A stretch of 64,000 bases of DNA from Bacillota bacterium. Its GTDB lineage: Bacteria > Bacillota > Clostridia > Peptostreptococcales > Anaerovoracaceae. The notes under the pieces are model-generated. The model saw only the letters and a list, made by a program, of their open reading frames with translations, made no database searches and was not told the DNA's origin. This document shows, piece after piece, positions 36,756 to 46,059 of this stretch (the first letter of the stretch is position 1; each line of letters begins with the position of its first letter). The stretch lies in the NCBI GenBank assembly GCA_017557505.1, contig JAFYYP010000010.1, positions 2,148 through 66,147 on the forward strand, given 5' to 3'. Made by a program: the position numbers and the translations under genes.

Positions 36756-37814
36756 ATGGAAAGCAAAAAATATAAGGTGGCCGTGATCGGCGGCGACGGC
36801 ATCGGGCCGGAGGTCTGCGACGCGGCGAAGCGGGTGATGCAGAGAGCTGCAGAACTCGACGGTCACATCGCCTTCGAATTCACGGACTTCCCCTGGGGCT
36901 GCACGTGGTACAAGGAAAACGGCCGCATGATGCCCGAAGACGGGCTGGAGATCCTGAAGGGCTTTGACGCGATCCTGCTGGGCGCCGTAGGGCGTCCCGA
37001 CGTGCCCGACCACGTCTCGCTGCACGGTCTGCTGATCGCGGTCCGGCAGGGCTTCGACCAGTACGTGAACCTGCGTCCGGTCAAGCTGCTGAAAGGCGCA
37101 CCGTGCCCGCTGAAGGACGTAAAGCGCGAAGACGTCGACATGATCTTCGTGCGCGAGAATTCCGAAGGCGAATACGCCGGCAAAGGCGTGCTGGAGGAGG
37201 ACAGGGCCGAGCAGGTCGGCGTGTTCACGCGCAAGGGCTGCGAACGCATCATCCGCTATGCGTTCGAGCTGGCCGTAAAAGAAGGCCGCCGCAAGGTGAC
37301 CAGCGTCAGCAAGGGCAACGCGCTCAACTATTCCATGGTGTTCTGGGACAGGATCTTCAAAGAGGTCGCCGCGGAATATCCGCAGATCGAGGCGGATGGC
37401 CTGCTCGTGGACGCGGCGTCCATGTTCATGGTGCGCGACCCCGGCAGGTTCGACGTCGTCGTGTGCTCCAATCTGTTCGGAGACATCCTGACAGACCTCG
37501 GCGCTGCCATCGCGGGCGGCATGGGCATGTCCGCAGGCGCGAACCTCAACCCGGAAGGCCATTTCCCGTCCATGTTCGAACCTGTGCATGGCTCCGCGCC
37601 TGACATCATGGGGCAGAAGAAGGCAAATCCGATGGCGACATGCTGGGCGGCATCCCAGATGATGGACCACTTCGGAAGGCCGGATCTGGGCAAGAAGATC
37701 CTGGACGCAATCGAGGCGGTGCTGGAAGAAGGCGTGTACCTCACGCCGGATCTGGGCGGGTCAGCGAAGACCTCTGACGTCACAAAGGCGATCATCGATC
37801 ATTTGGAATTATAA
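36756..37814 (+). CDS. Tartrate dehydrogenase / 3-isopropylmalate dehydrogenase family oxidative decarboxylase
   Basis: KVAVIGGDGIGPEV, NLRPVK, RENSEGEY and SNLFGDILTDLGA, all typical of the isocitrate/isopropylmalate dehydrogenase superfamily. Confidence 0.85.
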   Translation: MESKKYKVAVIGGDGIGPEVCDAAKRVMQRAAELDGHIAFEFTDFPWGCTWYKENGRMMPEDGLEILKGFDAILLGAVGRPDVPDHVSLHGLLIAVRQGFDQYVNLRPVKLLKGAPCPLKDVKREDVDMIFVRENSEGEYAGKGVLEEDRAEQVGVFTRKGCERIIRYAFELAVKEGRRKVTSVSKGNALNYSMVFWDRIFKEVAAEYPQIEADGLLVDAASMFMVRDPGRFDVVVCSNLFGDILTDLGAAIAGGMGMSAGANLNPEGHFPSMFEPVHGSAPDIMGQKKANPMATCWAASQMMDHFGRPDLGKKILDAIEAVLEEGVYLTPDLGGSAKTSDVTKAIIDHLEL

Positions 37815-37829
37815 GGAGAAACAGAACAA

Positions 37830-38651
37830 ATGGCTGAAAATTGCAATCATAACTGCAGCGGCTGCGACAAGGATTGCGGCGAAAGAAAAACAGGTTTTGA
37901 AGAGCATCTGAACGAATACTCTTCCGTGAAGAAGGTCATCGGCGTCGTGTCCGGCAAGGGCGGCGTCGGCAAGAGCCTCGTTACGTCCCTGCTGGCGGTT
38001 TCGGCTGCCAGAAAGGGCATGAAGACCGCGATCCTCGACGCGGACATCACCGGACCGTCCATCCCCAAGGCGTTCGGCCTTCATGACAAGGCCTACGCGG
38101 TCGACCAGGGTATTGTTCCCGTGCAGACTGCGACAGGCATTGACGTCATGTCTTTAAATCTGCTTATCGACAACGAGACGGATCCCGTCGTCTGGCGCGG
38201 ACCCATCATCGCGGGCACGGTCAAGCAGTTCTGGACGGACGTCATCTGGGAAGACGAGGACGTCATGTTCATCGATATGCCTCCCGGCACCGGCGACGTT
38301 ACGCTCACCGTGTTCCAGAGCCTGCCCATCGACGGACTGGTCATCGTCACGTCCCCGCAGGAGCTCGTCGGCATGATCGTCGAAAAGGCCGTCAAGATGG
38401 CGGGCCTCATGAACATCCCCGTGCTTGCCATCGTGGAGAACATGAGCTACGTCGAGTGCCCGAACTGCGGTGAAAAGATCTATCCGTTCGGCGCGAGCCG
38501 TCTCGTGGAACTGGCGGATAAATACAAGATCCGCCTGGCCGCGTCGCTGCCCATCGATCCGAAACTGGCGGAAGCCTGCGATGCGGGACGTATCGAGAAT
38601 TTCTCCGGCGAGTGGCTCGACGGCATCGTGGACGCGGTCGCAGAACTGTAG
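37830..38651 (+). CDS. Mrp/NBP35 (ApbC) family Fe-S cluster carrier ATPase
   Basis: N-terminal CNHNCSGCDKDCGE, deviant Walker A VVSGKGGVGKS, and the CPNCG motif. Confidence 0.9.
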   Translation: MAENCNHNCSGCDKDCGERKTGFEEHLNEYSSVKKVIGVVSGKGGVGKSLVTSLLAVSAARKGMKTAILDADITGPSIPKAFGLHDKAYAVDQGIVPVQTATGIDVMSLNLLIDNETDPVVWRGPIIAGTVKQFWTDVIWEDEDVMFIDMPPGTGDVTLTVFQSLPIDGLVIVTSPQELVGMIVEKAVKMAGLMNIPVLAIVENMSYVECPNCGEKIYPFGASRLVELADKYKIRLAASLPIDPKLAEACDAGRIENFSGEWLDGIVDAVAEL

Positions 38652-38659
38652 GAGGACCC

Positions 38660-38959
38660 ATGCTGACCGGAAAACAGAGAGCATATTTAAGAGGCCTCGC
38701 TGCGCAGCTGCAGCCGGCTGTCTACATCGGAAAAGAGAACCTGACCGCTGCGGTGGTCACGGAGATGCACGATTACCTGAACGCGCACGAACTGCTGAAG
38801 GTGAAGATCCAGGAAGGGTCGGACCTGCAGACGAAAGAGGCCGCGAACGAAGCGGCTCATCGTCTCGGCGCGGAATTCGTGCAGGCCATCGGCCGCCGTT
38901 TCGTGCTGTACCGCCGCGCGGACGACCCAGATAAGCGTACCATCGTATTACCGAAATAG
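38660..38959 (+). CDS. YhbY/CRS1-type RNA-binding protein
   Basis: The start was reassigned to the ATG at 38660, after ggagga. MLTGKQRAYLRGLAAQLQPAVYIGKENLT... and ..GRRFVLYR are typical of YhbY. Confidence 0.8.
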   Translation: MLTGKQRAYLRGLAAQLQPAVYIGKENLTAAVVTEMHDYLNAHELLKVKIQEGSDLQTKEAANEAAHRLGAEFVQAIGRRFVLYRRADDPDKRTIVLPK

Positions 38960-38969
38960 GAGGCGAACC

Positions 38970-39587
38970 ATGAAGATCACGTACTACGGACATTCCTGCT
39001 TTATCCTGGAATCTCAAGGTTTCCGGATCGCGCTCGATCCGTATGACGACCACGTCCCCGGCTACCGTCCTTTGCGGCTGGAAGCGGAGGCGGTCTATTG
39101 TTCGCACGGTCACAGCGACCACTGCTGGGTGCAGGCGGTCGACGTGCTGGAGAGCGGAGAACCGTCGCCCTTTACCGTGACGGAAGTCCCCGGTTTCCAC
39201 GACGACGTCCGCGGCGCAAAGAGAGGTCCGAACATGATGTGCGTCTTCGAGGCGGAAGGCCTGAAGGTTGCCCATCTGGGCGACATCGGCTGCATGCCGG
39301 ACGAAGAAAGCCTGGAGAAACTGAATGGCCTGGACGTCTGCCTGGTGCCCGTCGGCGGATTCTTTACGATCGACGCAAAGCAGGCGAAGGCGCTGATGGA
39401 CGTTCTGCAGCCCCGCGTCGTCATCCCCATGCATTACCGCCTGGGCGGCACCGGCTTCGACGTGATCGGCACGCTGGAGGAATTCACGAAGCTATACCCG
39501 GCGGATGCGGTCACGTTTGCCGGCGGCAACGCGCTGGAATTGAGCGAAGCGACGCCTGCGGGCGTCACTGTCCTGCAGTATCAGTAA
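38970..39587 (+). CDS. MBL-fold metal-dependent hydrolase (UPF0173-like)
   Basis: MKITYYGHSCFILE..., SHGHSDH motif, 205 aa. Confidence 0.75.
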   Translation: MKITYYGHSCFILESQGFRIALDPYDDHVPGYRPLRLEAEAVYCSHGHSDHCWVQAVDVLESGEPSPFTVTEVPGFHDDVRGAKRGPNMMCVFEAEGLKVAHLGDIGCMPDEESLEKLNGLDVCLVPVGGFFTIDAKQAKALMDVLQPRVVIPMHYRLGGTGFDVIGTLEEFTKLYPADAVTFAGGNALELSEATPAGVTVLQYQ

Positions 39588-39612
39588 GAGCGCTGACATA
39601 CGGAGGTGTTCC

Positions 39613-41847
39613 ATGTCCGAGAAATATCAAGACATCCCATGGAGAAGGCAAGAGGACCTGGACCGGTACGCGGTGCGGCGGAACGTTCCCGTCTGGATCG
39701 GCGGGAAAAAGGTGATCGCCGACCGCGTCGTCAAGACGTGCTGCCCGCATAACTGCTACGATACCTGCGGCGAGCTGGTCTACGTCAAAGACGAAAAGGT
39801 GATCAAGATCGAAGGCGATCCGGACCACCCGGTCACGAAGGGCCACCTCTGCCTGAAGGGTTTCGCGAACGTGCAGAAGATCAACAGTCCCGACCGGGTG
39901 AAATACCCGCTGCTTCGCGTGGGCGAACGGGGCGAGGGCAAGTTCCGGCGTATCAGCTGGGACGAAGCCATGGACTGGATGGTCGGAAAGATCCAAACCA
40001 TTCAGAAAACATACGGGCCGGAAGCGATCCTCGAGTATTGTTATTCCGGCAACAGAGAACATATGGCGAAAGCTGTCGCCGCAAGATTGTGGAACCTGAT
40101 GGGGGCCACGAAACTTGTGGGCAGCTTTTGTTTGTTATCGGGGGTCGCCGGTTCTGTCGGCACGGTCGGCAGCCAGTACACCATGGACCCGCAGATCTGG
40201 TCCGAACACGCGCAGACCGTGTTCCTCGTCGGGCGCAACTGCAGCGCTACAAATCCGCACATCTTCCCGTTCCTGTACCGTGCGAAAGAGCGCGGCGCGA
40301 AGCTCATCGTCGTCGATCCGTACGCGACAGGCGTCGCAGCAAAGGCGGACATCCATTTGAGACCCCGTCCGGGTACGGACGGCGCGCTGGCGCTTGGACT
40401 CATCCACTGGATCCTCGCGAACGGCTGGGAAGATAAAGAGTTTATCGCGGAAAAGACCGTTGGTTTCGAGGAACTGGCGGAATACGTGAAGGAATGGACG
40501 CCGGAAAAGACCGAGCAGGTGACGACGGTGCCGCGGGCGCAGATCAAGGAGGTCGCGGAGCTTCTGGCGAAAACGGAGACCCTGTTCGAGACAGGTTACG
40601 GCCAGCAGCGATACAGCAACGGCCACCAGGTTCAGCAGGCGCTGGCTTGCCTTGCTGCGGTCTGCGGCAGTTTCGGCAAGCCTTCTGCGAACTACGACTG
40701 CATCTCCGGCATGGCGTTCCCGGGGGTCACGGGGTTTGCGGACAATGCCGCTGTGAGCGCACCGGAAGGCGCGGACATTCCCAAGACCCGCCTCGTGAAC
40801 ATCGCAGCCATCGCGAAAGCCATGCACGAAGCGAAGGAACCGCCCATCAAAGGCATCATCTCGTACCGCGGCGGCCTGATCTCGCAGCAGCCCAACGTCG
40901 ATTATACGATCGAAGCCGTAAAGTCGCTCGACATGTTCGTGACCATCGAACAGTTCATGACGGACGACACGGATTACGCGGACCTCGTGCTGCCCGCCTG
41001 CCACTATCTGGAGCAGTACGGCGTGCATCCGTCTTACTGGCACAACTGGAATCAGGTGCTCGTGCCCGTGTGTCAGCCGCCGTACGAGTGCGTGCCCGAC
41101 ATCGAGATCTTCGCGGAGCTGGGCAGAAGACTCGGCTACGAAGAATACTTCCCGCGCGAAATGTCCGGCCTCGACTGGTGCCGGCTGCTGATCGGCAAGG
41201 AGATCGATTTCGACGCGTGCGTCTCCCCGAACGGTCCCGTGCGTGACCCGGAGAAATGGTGTCCGCAGGTGCCGTATCAGGAGTTCGACACGCCGTCCGG
41301 CAAATTCGAGTTCCATGCCTCGAAACTCGAGGAGAGGGGAAAGCGCTTCCCGGGTCACTACGACCCGCTGCCGGTGTATTACGAACCGGACGAGAGCGTC
41401 GCGGCGACGCCGCAGCTGGCGGAGAAGTATCCGCTGAACATCATCTCGCAGCACCCGTCGTTCCGCACGCATTCACAGTACTACAACCTGCCCTGGATCA
41501 AGGAAATCGAGGGTCCTGCGCGCGTGTTCCTGAGCAAAAAAGACGCAGCAGACCGCGGCATCGCGGACGGCGATAAGGTGCGCATTTTCAACGACCGCGG
41601 GTGTCTTGAAAATATAGTCGCGCGCGTCGGCATCCGCTTAAAGCCCGGCGTTGCGGAGATGTCGAGCGGCATGTGGGTCAAGCTCGGCGGCAGTGTGAAC
41701 AAGCTGACGAAACTGGTGCCGGCGGGGCCGAGAGATATCCTGGCCGAGGACGGCATCCTGAGCGAATACGATCCGCTGCTGGACGGCAACACGGGGTCGT
41801 ATTTCAACACGCTCGTGCAGATCGAGAAGATGGAACAGGAGGGCTAG
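39613..41847 (+). CDS. Molybdopterin (bis-PGD) oxidoreductase catalytic subunit, cytoplasmic (no Tat signal)
   Basis: N-terminal Fe-S motif CCPHNCYDTCG...C. The 744-aa DMSO-reductase-family layout ends with a ..GDKVRIFNDRG.. beta-barrel. There is no twin-arginine leader. Confidence 0.85.
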   Translation: MSEKYQDIPWRRQEDLDRYAVRRNVPVWIGGKKVIADRVVKTCCPHNCYDTCGELVYVKDEKVIKIEGDPDHPVTKGHLCLKGFANVQKINSPDRVKYPLLRVGERGEGKFRRISWDEAMDWMVGKIQTIQKTYGPEAILEYCYSGNREHMAKAVAARLWNLMGATKLVGSFCLLSGVAGSVGTVGSQYTMDPQIWSEHAQTVFLVGRNCSATNPHIFPFLYRAKERGAKLIVVDPYATGVAAKADIHLRPRPGTDGALALGLIHWILANGWEDKEFIAEKTVGFEELAEYVKEWTPEKTEQVTTVPRAQIKEVAELLAKTETLFETGYGQQRYSNGHQVQQALACLAAVCGSFGKPSANYDCISGMAFPGVTGFADNAAVSAPEGADIPKTRLVNIAAIAKAMHEAKEPPIKGIISYRGGLISQQPNVDYTIEAVKSLDMFVTIEQFMTDDTDYADLVLPACHYLEQYGVHPSYWHNWNQVLVPVCQPPYECVPDIEIFAELGRRLGYEEYFPREMSGLDWCRLLIGKEIDFDACVSPNGPVRDPEKWCPQVPYQEFDTPSGKFEFHASKLEERGKRFPGHYDPLPVYYEPDESVAATPQLAEKYPLNIISQHPSFRTHSQYYNLPWIKEIEGPARVFLSKKDAADRGIADGDKVRIFNDRGCLENIVARVGIRLKPGVAEMSSGMWVKLGGSVNKLTKLVPAGPRDILAEDGILSEYDPLLDGNTGSYFNTLVQIEKMEQEG

Positions 41848-42387
41848 ATGATGGATACGAGAACACAGAGGATCCTGTACATCGATACGCAGCGCTGCAT
41901 GGGCTGCCGCGCCTGCGAGACTGTCTGCAAGCTTGAGAACGACCTGCCGGCGGGTCCGCGCTACACCATGGTGACGGAAGTCGAGACCGGCACAGGTCTT
42001 ACGGAAAAACTGAATTTCCTGCCCGTTCCGTGCCAGCACTGCGGGGACGCTCCCTGCGTGCGGGCCTGCCCGACGGGCGCCTTATACAAGCGTGCGGACG
42101 GCATCGTGCTCGTGGAGCAGAGCCGCTGCATCGGTTGTCACGAATGCCTGATGGCCTGCCCGTTCGGGGTGCCGCAGTTCGGTAAGAACGGCCGCATGAC
42201 GAAATGCACGATGTGCGTGCACCGCATCGACGAAGGCTCTCTGCCCGCCTGCGCGGCGAACTGTCCGGCGGAAGCAATCCTGTGCGATACGCCGGAGAAC
42301 ATCTCGCGCATCCTGCGCCAGCGCTACAGCGGCAGCGCTTCGCTGTACGGACCCTTTTCAGCCCTGCTGCAGGAGGTGGCGGAATGA
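41848..42387 (+). CDS. 4Fe-4S dicluster electron-transfer subunit (DmsB/PsrB-like)
   Basis: CMGCRACETVC, CQHCGDAPCVRACP, CIGCHECLMACP and CTMC...C. The start abuts the upstream stop. Confidence 0.85.
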   Translation: MMDTRTQRILYIDTQRCMGCRACETVCKLENDLPAGPRYTMVTEVETGTGLTEKLNFLPVPCQHCGDAPCVRACPTGALYKRADGIVLVEQSRCIGCHECLMACPFGVPQFGKNGRMTKCTMCVHRIDEGSLPACAANCPAEAILCDTPENISRILRQRYSGSASLYGPFSALLQEVAE

Positions 42388-42956
42388 AGCGCGTCACGTT
42401 CGACCCCTATCGCTGCGATCTCTGCGGCGTCTGCAGCGCCGCTTGTTCGCTTGTCAAGACAGGCAAGTTTGACGCTTCGCAGTCGCGCATCCGCATCGAG
42501 ACCGCGGGCAGCCGCGTGCCTTTAAGGGCCGCCGTCTGCCGTCACTGCGAAGAACCCGCCTGCGTCACGGCCTGCATGCGCGGCATCATCGATCAGGATC
42601 CGCAGACCGGCCTCGTGACCCGCCGCCACGACGGATGCTTCCGCTGCGCGGCCTGCGCGGTCAGCTGTCCGGCAGGCGCCTGCGTGCTGGACGAGGCTCT
42701 GAACGCCTTCACTGCCTGCGACCTGTGCGGCGGCGATCCCCTGTGCGTCAAGGTGTGTCTGACCGGCGCGCTGCGCTTCGAGGACGACGCGGAGAACAGC
42801 GCGCATCTGAGGGCCCTGTACGCGGAAAAGATGTTCGAGGAAAGGGAAGAACTGCCCGGTGAACTGACGGACGCGCAGTGGGAAGAGATCTGCAGCATTC
42901 TCAATGCGGAAGGTCTCTCCGTTGCGCCTGATGAACTGAGGAGGGGATGCAGATGA
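42384..42956 (+). CDS. Second 4Fe-4S ferredoxin-domain protein
   Basis: The start was reassigned to the ATG at 42384, which overlaps the upstream stop (ATGA). CDLCGVCSAAC, CRHCEEPACVTAC, CFRCAACAVSCP and CDLCGGDPLCVKVC. Confidence 0.75.
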   Translation: MKRVTFDPYRCDLCGVCSAACSLVKTGKFDASQSRIRIETAGSRVPLRAAVCRHCEEPACVTACMRGIIDQDPQTGLVTRRHDGCFRCAACAVSCPAGACVLDEALNAFTACDLCGGDPLCVKVCLTGALRFEDDAENSAHLRALYAEKMFEEREELPGELTDAQWEEICSILNAEGLSVAPDELRRGCR

Positions 42957-44266
42957 GAAAAACAGACATCCTGATCCTCGGCAACGGCGCGGCGGGCAGC
43001 AGCGCGGCTTTTGCGGCAAAGCAGACCGCGCCGGAGCTCAACGTTTTGGTTTTAAGCAAAGAGGATGAACCGGTCTATTCCGCTCCCGCTCTGCCGGACC
43101 TGCTGTCCGGCGAACTGACGCGCGCTCAGGTGACCGTCAGCCCGTGGGACGATTACCGTAATGCCGGGATCGAAGCGCTTTGCGCTTCCGCCGTGCGCAT
43201 CGACGCGGGCACCCGCACTGTAATATTGGAAAACGGCGGAGAGGTCTCCTACGGCGAACTCATCCTCGCGACGGGCAGCCAGCCCATCCGGCTGCGGAAG
43301 ATGCAGGGGACAGGTCTCCCCGGCAATTTCGTCATGAAAACGATCGCAGACGTCGAAGACATGGCTGCTTACGGCGGTTCACGGGCTGTCGTCGTCGGTT
43401 CCGGCGCCATAGGCATCGAGGGCAGCATGGCGCTCAAAGCGCGCGGCTTCGAACAGGTGGTCATGGTGGAAGCCCTGGAATGGCTGAGTCCGAAGTCGCT
43501 GGACCGCGCAACGTCTGACGAACTGAAAGCGAAACTGGAATCGTTCGGCGTCAAAGTCCTGACTGGGGAAGCCGTACAGGGCGTGCTGGGAGAGACAAAA
43601 GTCGAAGGCGTCCGCACGGAGAAGCGCGACATTCCCTGCGACCTCATCCTCTGGGGCATCGGTATGCGTCCGGATACGGAGCTTGCGAAAGCCGCCGGCA
43701 TCGAATGCGGTGCTTCCGGCGCGATCCTCACGGACGATCATATGCGCACGAACCTGCCGCACGTTTATGCCTGCGGCGACTGTACGGAATCCGTGGACGT
43801 GTTCAGCGGGCAGCGGGGCGCCTATCTGTTCTGGGAGCCTGCCCGCAGGGGCGGGGCGGCTGCCGGGGTCAACGCGGCGGAGGAAGGACAGGACGTAAGA
43901 CAGGAGAACCGTCCCCGTGTCTTCCTTGGCACAACGCCGTTCTTCCTGACGAACAAGGGCGGCCTTTCCATCCTGGCAATGGGCAGGACGGAGGCGCAGC
44001 TCGCGGAAGGGCGGGGCACCGTTCTGGAAGAAAAAAAAGACGGCGTCTACAGGCGTCTGCTGTTCGAGGACGGAAAACTCGCCGGCGCGCAGATGCTCGG
44101 CACGTTGGAAGATGCTGACCTGTTTGCCGCGCAGATCCGTAAGAACGCAATGCAGCGCGAGGATACCTGGGACCTGACGGAACCGGTTCCGAACCTCGAG
44201 CAACTCAGCCTGCAGGAAGCCGTTTTCTTTCTGCGGAAGCAGAGACGGAACGCGTTCAGTAAATAA
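42947..44266 (+). CDS. FAD-dependent pyridine-nucleotide oxidoreductase (NAD(P)H:ferredoxin/rubredoxin-reductase-like)
   Basis: ILILGNGAAGSSAAF and VVVGSGAIGIEGSMAL dinucleotide folds, plus YACGDC. It overlaps the preceding gene by 10 nt. Confidence 0.85.
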   Translation: MQMRKTDILILGNGAAGSSAAFAAKQTAPELNVLVLSKEDEPVYSAPALPDLLSGELTRAQVTVSPWDDYRNAGIEALCASAVRIDAGTRTVILENGGEVSYGELILATGSQPIRLRKMQGTGLPGNFVMKTIADVEDMAAYGGSRAVVVGSGAIGIEGSMALKARGFEQVVMVEALEWLSPKSLDRATSDELKAKLESFGVKVLTGEAVQGVLGETKVEGVRTEKRDIPCDLILWGIGMRPDTELAKAAGIECGASGAILTDDHMRTNLPHVYACGDCTESVDVFSGQRGAYLFWEPARRGGAAAGVNAAEEGQDVRQENRPRVFLGTTPFFLTNKGGLSILAMGRTEAQLAEGRGTVLEEKKDGVYRRLLFEDGKLAGAQMLGTLEDADLFAAQIRKNAMQREDTWDLTEPVPNLEQLSLQEAVFFLRKQRRNAFSK

Positions 44267-44275
44267 AAAACACAC

Positions 44276-44304
44276 AAAAAGCCGCCCGGGCGGGCGGCTT
44301 TTTT
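44276..44304. terminator. Bidirectional Rho-independent terminator
   Basis: aaaaa-gccgccc-gggc-gggcggc-tttttt, between convergent genes. Confidence 0.75.
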
Positions 44305-44313
44305 CTTTTGACC

Positions 44314-44508
44314 TCAGTTTTCCATGGGTTCGACGATGATGTAATTGTCCATCAGGTCGATCTTCTGCACCTTGGCGTCGATCTTGCGCTGGATGCCCAT
44401 GATGTCCGTCATCACGAGGGTATCGCCTTCGAAGCGGACGTCCGCGATGTTGCGGAACAGCAGGCGGTCGTCGCTGCGGCTGCCGTCATAAACGTTGGAA
44501 AGACACAT
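44314..44508 (-). CDS. cooT: CooT-family small nickel-binding protein
   Basis: A 64-aa protein beginning MCLSNVY, with the invariant Cys2. The size and beta-rich pattern match CooT. Confidence 0.7.
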   Translation of the reverse strand: MCLSNVYDGSRSDDRLLFRNIADVRFEGDTLVMTDIMGIQRKIDAKVQKIDLMDNYIIVEPMEN

Positions 44509-44509
44509 G

Positions 44510-44737
44510 TTACGCCTCCAGAAGCTTTAAGGCTTCTTCGATCTTTTTATTACTATCCTCGATCTCGTGCACCGCTTCGTGCAGCAGCGCGGCCGCTTCT
44601 CCTTCGCAGCCGTGGGCCAGATCGTGCAGCTCTTCCGCATGATGCGCGTTGTGCTGGATCATGTATTTCAGCAGGGCCAGACGCTCTTCGGGAGAGACTG
44701 CCTGGGCATGGTCGTGGTCATGATGATGTTCGTGCAT
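44510..44737 (-). CDS. His-rich helical putative metal-binding protein
   Basis: The start was reassigned to MHEHHHDHDHAQ.., with RBS ggagg 6 nt upstream. The 75-aa protein has further His pairs (HNAHHAEELHDLAH) and one Cys. Its stop lies 1 nt before the cooT start. Confidence 0.55.
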   Translation of the reverse strand: MHEHHHDHDHAQAVSPEERLALLKYMIQHNAHHAEELHDLAHGCEGEAAALLHEAVHEIEDSNKKIEEALKLLEA

Positions 44738-44766
44738 AAATAACCTCCGGAAAGGCAACGTTTAAA

Positions 44767-44795
44767 TTGATTTAGTAGACAGTTTCCTATAAAAT
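44767..44795 (+). promoter_or_regulatory. Candidate sigma-A promoter of the dehydratase-family operon
   Basis: ttgatt (44767-44772), 17-nt spacer, taaaat (44790-44795), in the only AT-rich gap upstream of 44866. Confidence 0.35.
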
Positions 44796-44865
44796 TATAA
44801 CATAGCGTATTGTGTCCAAAACACACTTTTTCAAATATTTTTCACCTCGTAAAGGAGATGAGTGG

Positions 44866-46059
44866 ATGCGAGACTTAAAACACCTGATCTATTTTGAAGA
44901 TCTTCTGCAGGAGGCTCACAACGAACTGGTCCGCAAGGGCAAGGAAGACGGCAATCTCGCCCTCGGCTACACCTGCTACTTCATGCCGGAAGTGCTGCTG
45001 GACCTTCCCGGCTGCTTCTCTGTCAGACTGCGCGCTCCGCGCTGCGTTTCGCCCGACATGGCGACGTATTACATGTCCGGGCGCACCTGTCACTATGGCC
45101 GCTCCCTGTTCGAGCGTGCCCTCGAAGGCGGCTTCAACTTCCTCGACGCGCAGCTGGCTACCGAGACCTGCACGGTCACGTGCCGCTTCCAGGAACACCT
45201 GAAGGCGATGCCGGATGTCATCAACAACGTGAAGTTCAAGGTTTCGTTCTCCGACGTGCCGTTCAAGAAGAACGAGAACAGCATTGAACACTACGAAAAG
45301 CAGCTGCAGGCGCACGTGCTGGATTTCCTGAAGAGCGAATACGGCGTCGATACGTCCGACGAAGCGATCATGCGCGCGATCATCGCACATAACGAAGTGT
45401 GCCGCATCATCCGCGAGATCGGTGATTTCCGCAAACTGGACGAGCCGACCATCACCGGTTACGAATTCGCGGTCATCAATCTCGTATCCATGTGCTGCCC
45501 GAAGTATCTCATCATCGACAAGCTCAGAGAGACGCTCGAAGAGCTGAAGACGCGCGAACCGGACCAGCGCAAGACCTATCGCTGCAAAGTGCTGCTCGCG
45601 GGTTCCGAGAACGACGACCCCGAGTTCACGAAGCTCATCGAGAGCTGCGGCGCCCTCGTCGTCTGCGACCGCTACTGCTACGGCGCGGTCGAAGCGAGAG
45701 AACCGATCGAGATCCGCGAAGGCGAGACCCCGCTGCGCGCCGTCGCCCGCCACTATCTTCTGACGAGCCAGTGCACGCGCTTCATGGAGCAGGACGAGAT
45801 GCGCTACCGCAAGAAGAGGATCGCCGAACTGGCCAAGGAATACAAGGCGGACGGCGTCATCATCCTGTCCAATAAGTTCTGCGAATACTGGAGCTACGAG
45901 CGCATGATCGATACGATCGTCATTCCCAGGGACTACGGGTTCCCGGTCTGCTCCATCGAGAAAGAATACATCAACTCCGCGTCCGGCCAGCTGCGTACGC
46001 GCTTCCAGGCCTTCGTGGAGAGCATCGAGATCAAGAAACTCCAGGAGGGTGCAAAATGA
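44866..46059 (+). CDS. 2-hydroxyacyl-CoA dehydratase / benzoyl-CoA reductase family subunit (beta-like, set 1)
   Basis: The start was reassigned to the ATG at 44866, after aaaggag. LGYTCYFMPEVLL, ..VCDRYCYG.. and C-terminal SGQLRTRFQAFVESIEIKK. It is a clear paralogue of 50568-51773. Confidence 0.8.
   Translation: MRDLKHLIYFEDLLQEAHNELVRKGKEDGNLALGYTCYFMPEVLLDLPGCFSVRLRAPRCVSPDMATYYMSGRTCHYGRSLFERALEGGFNFLDAQLATETCTVTCRFQEHLKAMPDVINNVKFKVSFSDVPFKKNENSIEHYEKQLQAHVLDFLKSEYGVDTSDEAIMRAIIAHNEVCRIIREIGDFRKLDEPTITGYEFAVINLVSMCCPKYLIIDKLRETLEELKTREPDQRKTYRCKVLLAGSENDDPEFTKLIESCGALVVCDRYCYGAVEAREPIEIREGETPLRAVARHYLLTSQCTRFMEQDEMRYRKKRIAELAKEYKADGVIILSNKFCEYWSYERMIDTIVIPRDYGFPVCSIEKEYINSASGQLRTRFQAFVESIEIKKLQEGAK

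Noticed and set aside
44031-44038. An A8 homopolymer inside the flavoprotein gene (..LEEKKDG..) as a possible slipped-strand phase-variation site.
   Set aside because: It is a single short tract encoding Lys-Lys in frame within a cytoplasmic redox enzyme. There are no paired tracts or promoter location, so it is most likely incidental.
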